Below are positions 16,825 to 23,700 of a stretch of 40,681 bases of DNA, piece by piece. The first letter of the stretch is position 1. Each line of letters opens with the position of its first letter. Origin of the DNA: Rhodanobacteraceae bacterium (GTDB lineage Bacteria; Pseudomonadota; Gammaproteobacteria; Xanthomonadales; SZUA-5); NCBI GenBank assembly GCA_043750875.1, contig JAYVAQ010000479.1, positions 1 to 40,681 of the forward strand. Direction: 5' to 3'. The position numbers were made by a program, and so were the translations under genes. The notes below the pieces were generated by a model. The model saw only the letters and a list, made by a program, of their open reading frames with translations. It was not told where the DNA came from and did no database searches.

Positions 16825-18035
16825 GCCGCCACCGCCATCATTTTAAGCGGGGTTACGGTGTTGGCGAAATTTAGCGCGGCATGCGGCTGCAGCTCGGCGA
16901 GCCAGGTGCAGCCATAGGTTCCTACGCGATCTAGCTCATGCCAATGCTTTGCAAGCGGTTGGTCTTGCACCAGATTTGCGGCAACAAATTCCGGCAGAAA
17001 ATCTACCGCAAGCCCGGCGCTGCGCAGCAGCACCTTGGCCTTTGGCGCGCTGCGCGCGAGGATGTAGCGCCATTCGCTATTTAACGCAATCGGCAGGTGC
17101 GCAGCCATCCAATCTTGATGATCCAACAAAACAAAGTGCGTGATCGTATCTGGGTAGCTAATCAGAAACTCTTCAAACGTGCCGGTGTAAATGTGGAGGC
17201 GCTCCACGCGCGCTTTCAGGGTGTCGAAGTGCTCAGCTTTGAGATAATTCGGGCAACAGTGCTCGCTATACTGGCCGGTCAAATACACCCGCCAAAAATA
17301 ATTGTTGCGCAACGTCGTTTGGGTAAATACATAGCGCAGTTTTGCCCGCACATAGCTGGTAACGCCGCCAGGAAACTGGCGCTCGATCAAATCGCGCTGT
17401 GCGCGCGGCACGCCCAGCAAGCTCAGCAACATCGGTTGGCGCACCAGCCAACGCAACATCGGGCCAAATATTTTCGGCTCAATCGCTTCATAGCGCTGGC
17501 ACTGTATTGCCAACGTTTCGCTGTCCAAAAGTTCAAGCAGCGCGCGATGTAGTTTAGGCCGCAAGATTTTTAAGCTACTGCCTACGCCCCAAGCCACATC
17601 GCCGGATGCGCCCTGAAAATACAGGCTGCCACGGCCGCCAGTGGTGCTAAAAAAGTGCGCGTTCGCGTCCCAAAAAAGCTGCGCGCTTGCGCTTAATCGT
17701 GGCCGCAGTTGCGCCATATACAGCGCCCTAAAATTACGATGCGCGCCGAGCCCAAACAATTGGAAAAACTCCTCATGTTTCAACTCCGAAATCGCCGCGA
17801 TTTTTAGCTCAAGCAGGGCGTTTTGACGGCTATTGACGTCAATCGTATGTATCGCTTTAGGATCATCCAGCAAGTAGTCCAAGGCGTTGCAACCGGCGCT
17901 GGTAATCATCGCGACTTTTGAGTCGGGCCCTAGTTTCAACATTTCGCGATCTGCCGCTGGATCTTCCCAACAGGTGTTGTAAATCAGCCGACTGCCGTGC
18001 GTGGCTTTGAAAATTCGGTCGTAAATTCCTAGCAT
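16821..18035 (-). CDS. DUF3419 / BtaA-like protein (candidate S-adenosylmethionine:diacylglycerol 3-amino-3-carboxypropyl transferase)
   Basis: LIYNTCWEDPAADREMLKLGPDSKVAMITSAGCNALDYLLDDPKAIHTIDVNSRQNALLELKIAA matches the N-terminal signature of the BtaA family. AAGGAG lies 6 nt upstream of the ATG. Confidence 0.7.
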   Translation of the reverse strand: MLGIYDRIFKATHGSRLIYNTCWEDPAADREMLKLGPDSKVAMITSAGCNALDYLLDDPKAIHTIDVNSRQNALLELKIAAISELKHEEFFQLFGLGAHRNFRALYMAQLRPRLSASAQLFWDANAHFFSTTGGRGSLYFQGASGDVAWGVGSSLKILRPKLHRALLELLDSETLAIQCQRYEAIEPKIFGPMLRWLVRQPMLLSLLGVPRAQRDLIERQFPGGVTSYVRAKLRYVFTQTTLRNNYFWRVYLTGQYSEHCCPNYLKAEHFDTLKARVERLHIYTGTFEEFLISYPDTITHFVLLDHQDWMAAHLPIALNSEWRYILARSAPKAKVLLRSAGLAVDFLPEFVAANLVQDQPLAKHWHELDRVGTYGCTWLAELQPHAALNFANTVTPLKMMAVAA

Positions 18036-18062
18036 TCTGAACTCCTTAAAATTCGCATGCGC

Positions 18063-18614
18063 CTAGATGGCGCTGGCTTCGATTAACCAACCCAGCGCAA
18101 GCCAATACAGCCCTGCCCCCATCAACACGGCCGCCGCGACATCACTGGGATAGTGCAAACCCAGCACCACGCGTGAGATCGCAATGCCCATGCTCAGCGG
18201 CACCAACACGACCGCGAGCCAAGGGAAGTAATGGCAGGCCACCAGTGAAAACGCGACCGCGTGCAGCGTATGGCCTGAGGGAAAAGAAAACTCATCCAAC
18301 GGTGCCACGCTCAAATGCAGGCCCGCGCGACGCATCAATGGCCGCGGCCGTTTGCTGAGTGACTTGACGAGTTTGTAAAGCACTAGTGATGCCAAACCCA
18401 GTGCTGCCATGTGCAGCGCCGCAACCGCGCCGCGTGCGCCACCAAAAGCCACCAGCAGCGCCATCAACAAATACCAAACCGTACCGTCGCCAATACGGCT
18501 GATGAAGCCAAAAAACGGTACCCAACGCGTGCCGTGCGCACGCTTATTTGCGCGTTCACACCAAGACCACTCGTGCGCTGCGAATGCTTTAAACACGTTT
18601 GTATTCAGGTGCAT
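18063..18614 (-). CDS. PAP2-family lipid phosphatase, integral membrane
   Basis: The acid-phosphatase motifs are KSLSKRPRP ... FPSGHT ... SRVVLGLHYPSDV. The preferred start is ATG 18614, preceded by AAGGAG with a 6-nt spacer. The ORF-track start 18647 is a GTG with no SD. Confidence 0.8.
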   Translation of the reverse strand: MHLNTNVFKAFAAHEWSWCERANKRAHGTRWVPFFGFISRIGDGTVWYLLMALLVAFGGARGAVAALHMAALGLASLVLYKLVKSLSKRPRPLMRRAGLHLSVAPLDEFSFPSGHTLHAVAFSLVACHYFPWLAVVLVPLSMGIAISRVVLGLHYPSDVAAAVLMGAGLYWLALGWLIEASAI

Positions 18615-19815
18615 CTTGGGCTCCTTGGACTTGCGTGATTTGGGCACTGGCGGTGTGGGCGGGCTTTAGTTTTTGTAAAAGCTCGACCAGTGCGCCAGCG
18701 ACATTGCTGGGATTGAGATGCTCAACGCTGCCCCGGGCGAAATGGCGCATCCTGATCGGATCGCGGTGCATGGCATCTACCAAAAGCAGCGCCTGCGCGA
18801 GGAATTCGTTTTCATCGCCGAAGCGCGCTAGCTGGCCATTGCCGCCGCTGACAACAAATTCTTCCGCCGCACCGTAGTCGAACGCACAAACCGGCAGGCC
18901 GCTCGCTAGCGCCTCAAGCGTTACGTTGCCAAAGGTTTCGCTCAGGCTTGGAAACAGAAATATATCCGCGCTGGCATACGCTGCAGACAAAGCGGAGCCG
19001 CGCAGCATGCCGCAGAACACGTGCCTAGCATCAGCGCCTAGGTTGGCTTGCAACGCGGCATTTGCCGGGCCATCGCCCACCCAAATCATGCGCGCACCGG
19101 GATATTTTTCGCTAATGGCGTTAAACGCAAGCAAGGCCAGCGGCAAATTTTTCTCGGCGGCAATGCGCCCCACGAACAGCACGGCCGGTGCCCAAGCGGT
19201 TTCGCTATTTGCTGCGTTAAAGCCCCACGCGCTACGCAAGCTTTCGCTCCGGTGTTCCGGGGCAAAAGCGCTGGTATCGACGGCGCGTTCGAGTCGTTCA
19301 ACGCGATTGAAGCCGCGCGAATTCAGTAAGTTTTGCAAACTCTTGGTGGGCACCAAGGTCGCCATCGCGCGGTTATGAAAAGCACGCATAAACGCAAAGG
19401 CAGGGCGGCGCATAAAACTTAAGCCATAGTGATCCATAAAATCATCAAAGCGCGTGTGCAAGCCTGTTACGACTGGAATGCCAAGCTGTTTGGCGGCCGA
19501 AACTGCAGTCCAACCCAGTGGGCCTTCCGTGGCAACATAAACGCCCTGCGGCGGTATTTTTTGCCAATGTTTGAGCAAGCGCCGTTTCGCCGGCAGGCCA
19601 AAACGTAGGCCAGCATAAAAGGGCAATTGCGCGCCGGGCACCAGCATCTCAACGACCAAACGCTCGCGTGCCTTCAGCGCATCACTTGGCTGCTCTGGGC
19701 GCACTACTTCGACGTGGTGGCCGAGTTTGCGACAATGCTGCACCAAGGACAGCACCGTCAGCGCAACCCCATTGATTTCAGGTGGGTAGGTTTCGGTGAC
19801 GAAAGTGATTTTCAT
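18589..19815 (-). CDS. GT4-family (GT-B fold) glycosyltransferase, candidate diacylglycerol glycosyltransferase
   Basis: MKITFVTETYPPEINGVALTV is the typical GT4 N-terminus. The C-terminal half has the E-x7-E-like region FPSLSETFGNVTLEALASGLPV. It is the first gene of the four-gene operon. Confidence 0.85.
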   Translation of the reverse strand: MKITFVTETYPPEINGVALTVLSLVQHCRKLGHHVEVVRPEQPSDALKARERLVVEMLVPGAQLPFYAGLRFGLPAKRRLLKHWQKIPPQGVYVATEGPLGWTAVSAAKQLGIPVVTGLHTRFDDFMDHYGLSFMRRPAFAFMRAFHNRAMATLVPTKSLQNLLNSRGFNRVERLERAVDTSAFAPEHRSESLRSAWGFNAANSETAWAPAVLFVGRIAAEKNLPLALLAFNAISEKYPGARMIWVGDGPANAALQANLGADARHVFCGMLRGSALSAAYASADIFLFPSLSETFGNVTLEALASGLPVCAFDYGAAEEFVVSGGNGQLARFGDENEFLAQALLLVDAMHRDPIRMRHFARGSVEHLNPSNVAGALVELLQKLKPAHTASAQITQVQGAQDAPEYKRV

Positions 19816-19867
19816 GCGCGTCCTTCTGGCCTTTCCTGAGCCTTAAGGTTGCGCACCAAGATGATGT

Positions 19868-19889
19868 TGGTAGGTCAAAAAAATGACAG
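19868..19889 (-). promoter_or_regulatory. Pho-box-like element (CTGTCAT TTTT TTGACCT ACCA on the coding strand of the lipid operon)
   Basis: The first 7-mer is an exact match to the E. coli PhoB core CTGTCAT, followed by a 4-nt AT spacer. The second 7-mer matches 4 of 7. A third, weaker unit ACATCAT follows in 11-bp register. The element ends 52 nt upstream of the GT4 ATG. Confidence 0.3.
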
Positions 19890-19925
19890 TTTGGTTAAGC
19901 TTGTACGGTTCAAGTAACCATAGCC

Positions 19926-20948
19926 TCAGCTGGTTAAACTAAATTTGATGCGCTGGCGCAGCACGCTGCTGACGGGTTGATCATTGACAAGTTTCGGACT
20001 GTAGCGCCAACGCATCACCGCACGGCGCGCCTCAACATCAAAGATGCGCGATGGCTGCGCGCCGAGCACCAACGCCTCAGTGACGCGGCCGCTGGCATCT
20101 ACGACGACTTGCAAGTCAACCCATCCTTCGATTTTTTGGCGCCGCGCTTGGGCTGGAAAAACTGCACGCGCGGTACTCAAGGCCCGTGCTTCTACCACAC
20201 GGTTTTGCGCCGGTGCCACGCTGGTACTCACCGGCGGTTCGGGTTTGCTTGCCATCCGTGTCGGTGCCACTGTTGCCACTGTCACCGGCGAAGCGACGGT
20301 TTCGGCGCGCTGAGCAACGGGCTTTGCCGTCTCAACGTCGGCTGGTACTTGAACTTCCGGCGTACGCGCCGCAATCACGGGCGCGGCTTGAATCGGTATC
20401 TGCGCCGCTGCGGTGCGAATTGCGTCCGCCTCATTACTAGCTTGTTGCGCGACACTTTCCTGCCAGCGCTTTTTCAGCGCCGCTACCCTGGATGCGCTCG
20501 GATCGGCGCGTTCAAGTAAAACAATTAAGCGCCCGACTTCCTCAGACGCATTTGCGGCCATAGCGGTTTCCAGCGCGGTCATTGCCACGGGCACCAGCTC
20601 CAAGATCGCTTCCTGCGCGCCAAAATCATCAGGCTTACTTTGCAACGCGGCCAAATAATGCTCAAGTGCGTTTTCACCCGCAGGTGCGACCAATTTGTCT
20701 GCGCCATAAGCGCGCATGGCAAGCTCTAAATGCTTTGCGTGGCTAGCATTATCAAGGCCACGTTCGTCGCGCTCGCTCGGCGCTAGCATGCCAGTTTGCA
20801 GCGTGGCATCGGCGGCAGTGCTGGAGCGCTTGCTCAGCAAATAAGCGCCAGTCGACAGCGCGCCCAAAATCGCCGCGCCCACACATAAATAAATGATGAC
20901 GCGACTTGCTCCGGGTGCGCTAACTTTGCTTGAGCCAATGGTTTTCAT
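19926..20948 (-). CDS. TonB-family protein with an atypical long helical periplasmic region
   Basis: It has an N-terminal TM anchor (VIIYLCVGAAILGALSTGAYLL). The C-terminal TonB_C-like domain reads FPAQARRQKIEGWVDLQVVVDASGRVTEALVLGAQPSRIFDVEARRAVMRWRYSP. There is no (EP)n/(KP)n proline spacer. Confidence 0.65.
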   Translation of the reverse strand: MKTIGSSKVSAPGASRVIIYLCVGAAILGALSTGAYLLSKRSSTAADATLQTGMLAPSERDERGLDNASHAKHLELAMRAYGADKLVAPAGENALEHYLAALQSKPDDFGAQEAILELVPVAMTALETAMAANASEEVGRLIVLLERADPSASRVAALKKRWQESVAQQASNEADAIRTAAAQIPIQAAPVIAARTPEVQVPADVETAKPVAQRAETVASPVTVATVAPTRMASKPEPPVSTSVAPAQNRVVEARALSTARAVFPAQARRQKIEGWVDLQVVVDASGRVTEALVLGAQPSRIFDVEARRAVMRWRYSPKLVNDQPVSSVLRQRIKFSLTS

Positions 20949-21073
20949 GGAATGCAGCCATCATGGAATTGGCATCCAGGCTAGCGCTGCTTGATGACTA
21001 ATTCGTGTCAGTGCTGACGCGCGTTCATCGAGACGCGACCGACCGCTATCTCGAGCGCCTGCCCGCACTAACG

Positions 21074-21163
21074 CTAGGCGCAGGCGTTACGCCTCGCGGT
21101 GGTATGCGTCGACATTTCTGCTCGAAATGCCGCAAGCAACACGTTGGTATCGGCAACAATCAT
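21074..21163 (-). pseudogene. Truncated PIN-domain toxin (VapC remnant, 29 codons)
   Basis: The ATG overlaps the antitoxin TGA (ATGA at 21160..21163). It translates MIVADTNVLLAAFRAEMSTHTTARRNACA then TAG. This is the typical PIN N-terminus only, and only ~125 nt remain before the next gene. Confidence 0.5.
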
Positions 21164-21411
21164 GTCTTAGGTATTTTGGCTGTTTGGTCCTGCACAAATT
21201 CAGTATCGGCCGATTGTATGAGAGCCAAGACATCTAAATTTCGACCTGCGCCGCTATCAAAAACGGGCAACGCAGTAATTCGACTCGATACCGAACTCAA
21301 GCGTATTTGCAACGCGGATTCAATAAATCGCGTTAGTGTAATGCCCTCGCGCGCTGCGGCAGCTTTGGCGTCGCGGTAAAGATTCGGGTCCACACGTAAA
21401 GTGGTTTGCAT
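21160..21411 (-). CDS. Ribbon-helix-helix type II antitoxin (VapB-like), apparently orphan
   Basis: MQTTLRVDPNLYRDAKAAAAREGITLTRFIESALQIRL is an RHH antitoxin N-terminus, followed by a C-terminal toxin-binding tail. Confidence 0.65.
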   Translation of the reverse strand: MQTTLRVDPNLYRDAKAAAAREGITLTRFIESALQIRLSSVSSRITALPVFDSGAGRNLDVLALIQSADTEFVQDQTAKIPKT

Positions 21412-21599
21412 GACAGATAGCTTGCATTTGAAAGAATTAAAATACTACTAAGCACATGTGGCTGGCAAAGAACTTGCTGGCAGCAGAGGAAAGCGATTGC
21501 ACTAATTGTCGACTCACAGAGGAGCCTAGAATTCGAACAAAAAATTATGTTTACTGCGTTGACTCGGGCGTTGTTAAGAAGATCCCAGCCCGCCCGCGA

Positions 21600-22448
21600 C
21601 TAACTCTGGCGCGGTATAGCGCGGCCCTGACCCGTCAATTTGCGCCACAGCCAGCGCCAAATCAGCGCAACTGGGAACATCGCGAAAATAAGCGGCAGGA
21701 TATAGACCAGCACCAAGATGATTTCGGAAAGTGCTTCGGCCACGGTGGCGTCAAAGCCCTCAAAGGCGGCACTGAAGTTTTGCCAAAAGCCCGGCGCGGG
21801 TTCGTCGAGTTGCAGAGCACTAAATCTGATTCGCAGAAAATTGGTTTCAACGCGGCGCAATAACACTGCACGATCCCGCGCCCCAGTTTGGCTTGCCGCT
21901 TCTAAATCGCTGAGCTCGCGCGCTAAGGTAATGGCGTCACTAACGGCAAGGTCAGCACGCGAAAGCAAGGCTTTGAACTTCTCGTGCTGTAGCGTTAGCG
22001 ATTCTGCAGCCAGCGCGTTGTCAGCCAAAGCTTGGCTTAAATCTTCGGCTTTGATTGTGCGTTGCACTACATTGCCGTTTGCGATCGCTTGACTAGTCAG
22101 CACCTCAATCGCAGCAGGTGCGGCGCGCATTTCAATGCTGCCTTGTTCCTGCTGTTGTTCGATGCTGAGCAAAGAACAGCTTTGTGTTGGCGCCTGCGCC
22201 TCACAGGCTTGACGCAGCGCTTCCAAGCGCGCGGCGATTAACGCTGCCGGTAGCGTAATCTGCAAATCGATCTCGTAAGCAAGCTGACTACCTGGACGCG
22301 CCGCGACGCCGCTGGTGCTTTCAGAGCTGGCGGCGGGCTCAGGCGCGTCGGCGAGCTTTGCACTTTTCTTGCATCCGGTGCCGAACAGAAGCACCGCACT
22401 AAGCAGGATAAAGCAATAAATCCGAACGGGCTGGGTGGAGGCAGTCAT
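21600..22448 (-). CDS. DUF4349-like lipoprotein with a C-terminal membrane anchor
   Basis: The lipobox is LLFGTGC. There is a central coiled-coil region (KAEDLSQALADN...LQHEKFKALLSRADLAVSDAITLARELSDLEA) and a C-terminal TM segment ILVLVYILPLIFAMFPVALIWRWLW. This architecture is typical of DUF4349. Confidence 0.6.
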   Translation of the reverse strand: MTASTQPVRIYCFILLSAVLLFGTGCKKSAKLADAPEPAASSESTSGVAARPGSQLAYEIDLQITLPAALIAARLEALRQACEAQAPTQSCSLLSIEQQQEQGSIEMRAAPAAIEVLTSQAIANGNVVQRTIKAEDLSQALADNALAAESLTLQHEKFKALLSRADLAVSDAITLARELSDLEAASQTGARDRAVLLRRVETNFLRIRFSALQLDEPAPGFWQNFSAAFEGFDATVAEALSEIILVLVYILPLIFAMFPVALIWRWLWRKLTGQGRAIPRQS

Positions 22449-22558
22449 ATTGAATCGATCCCGAAACGATTGGCGTTAGCAAGACTTGCCGATGTGCGAC
22501 TGACCAATGCTGAACGCATACGCCAAGCCCAGAATTGATTTACTGCGGATACATTCTT

Positions 22559-22592
22559 TTGACCAAATTGCCGTCTGTTGACCAAATTGCCG
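22559..22592 (+). repeat. Direct repeat of the 15-mer TTGACCAAATTGCCG (two copies, 19-nt period), in the promoter region of the DUF2157 operon
   Basis: Identical copies lie at 22559..22573 and 22578..22592, about 140-170 nt upstream of ATG 22729. Each copy begins with a -35-like TTGACC. Confidence 0.9.
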
Positions 22593-22728
22593 CTTTGAAT
22601 CCGTATTTGAGCGCGCCCCTTTAAGTCTCAACACATAATACCGCGCGGCCAAAACTAGGCCGCTTCCACACATCAATAAGCACCCGCTTGCAACTTTGCT
22701 AGCATCCAAGGATTAATTAGGAGCTGGC

Positions 22729-23700
22729 ATGGAACGATTAGAGCTAGATCGATTTGCTGCGCACTATCGGCTTAGTCCGGCTGCTGCACGTGCCGTGCTG
22801 GTGGATAGTCACGCGCTGCCCACACCGCAGCAATGGCGGCAATTTGGTGTGCGTGTGCTGCGCGGCGTGGGCATCACATCACTCTGCGCAGCGGCGGTCT
22901 TTTGGATCGCGGCAAATTGGCAGCATTTTGGCGCGATGGTCAAATTTTTAGCGCTTGATGCGCTGTTGATCGTCTGTATCGGCTTGGCTTGTTGGCGGCC
23001 ACCCATGCACGTGCTTGGGCGCTCGGCGTTGACGGTCGCGTTTGTGTTGACTGGCGCGCTGCTGGCGCTTTTTGGCATCACTTATCAGACCGGTGCGAAT
23101 ACCTATGAGTTGTTTTTCGGTTGGGCGCTACTCGGTGTTCCGCTGGTTTTACTAGCGCGCACGCTGTCAGCTTGGTTGCTGTGGTGGGTAGTGTTGGTCG
23201 TGGCTTTAGTGCTGTATGCGCCTGCCCGCCTTGATCTGGTGTTCGGGTTTTGGCCTACACGGTCAGGCCAGCTACAGCTGCATTGGCTTGCACCCGGCTT
23301 AATTTGTATAGCAATGGCGGCGCTGTTCGCTTATCTGTCCAATCGCGTCGTGCCGGCAGATGTGCGCGCGCGCATGACGCAAATTGCCATCGCTAGTGCG
23401 ATCACATTTGCCACATTAGACGGTGTGCATTTGGCGCAGCGTGGGCCGGGGGCCGCATTCTTGCTGCACACTGCGGCTTATGTTGCCCTTGCCTATTGGG
23501 CACATCGAAAACAAGCATTAGCGGTATTGGCCATGTTGGCGGCAAGTTGGATTGTGCTCAGCACCGTTTGGTTGGTGCGTGTTGTGCCGCATTTTGATGT
23601 GGGCGGCGCGCTGCTGACGGGGATATGGATTTTGCTTAGCGGATGGGCCGCAGTTACTGCGCTAAGCCAATGGCATCGGGCTTGGAGTGCGAGGTCATGA
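22729..23700 (+). CDS. Polytopic membrane protein, DUF2157-like
   Basis: 323 aa. A short cytoplasmic N-terminus is followed by about 8-9 hydrophobic helices. It is the first gene of a translationally coupled triad that ends with a GDYXXLXY protein, the genomic context I recall for DUF2157. Confidence 0.6.
   Translation: MERLELDRFAAHYRLSPAAARAVLVDSHALPTPQQWRQFGVRVLRGVGITSLCAAAVFWIAANWQHFGAMVKFLALDALLIVCIGLACWRPPMHVLGRSALTVAFVLTGALLALFGITYQTGANTYELFFGWALLGVPLVLLARTLSAWLLWWVVLVVALVLYAPARLDLVFGFWPTRSGQLQLHWLAPGLICIAMAALFAYLSNRVVPADVRARMTQIAIASAITFATLDGVHLAQRGPGAAFLLHTAAYVALAYWAHRKQALAVLAMLAASWIVLSTVWLVRVVPHFDVGGALLTGIWILLSGWAAVTALSQWHRAWSARS

Noticed and set aside
20949-21010. A sigma-54-like TGGATG-N5-TTCCA upstream of the TonB-family gene.
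   Set aside because: The spacing gives GG-N10-CA rather than the required GG-N10-GC, and the -12 element is missing.
21456-21863. A 135-aa + strand ORF spanning AT-rich intergenic DNA and the 3' end of the DUF4349 gene.
   Set aside because: Its downstream half is antisense to a well-supported gene, and there are no recognisable motifs. The AT-rich stretch is more likely non-coding remnant DNA.
22476-22709. A 77-aa minus-strand ORF in the DUF4349 / DUF2157 intergenic region.
   Set aside because: It has no RBS, an odd composition and no motif. It spans the direct repeat and the probable promoter DNA of the divergent operons.
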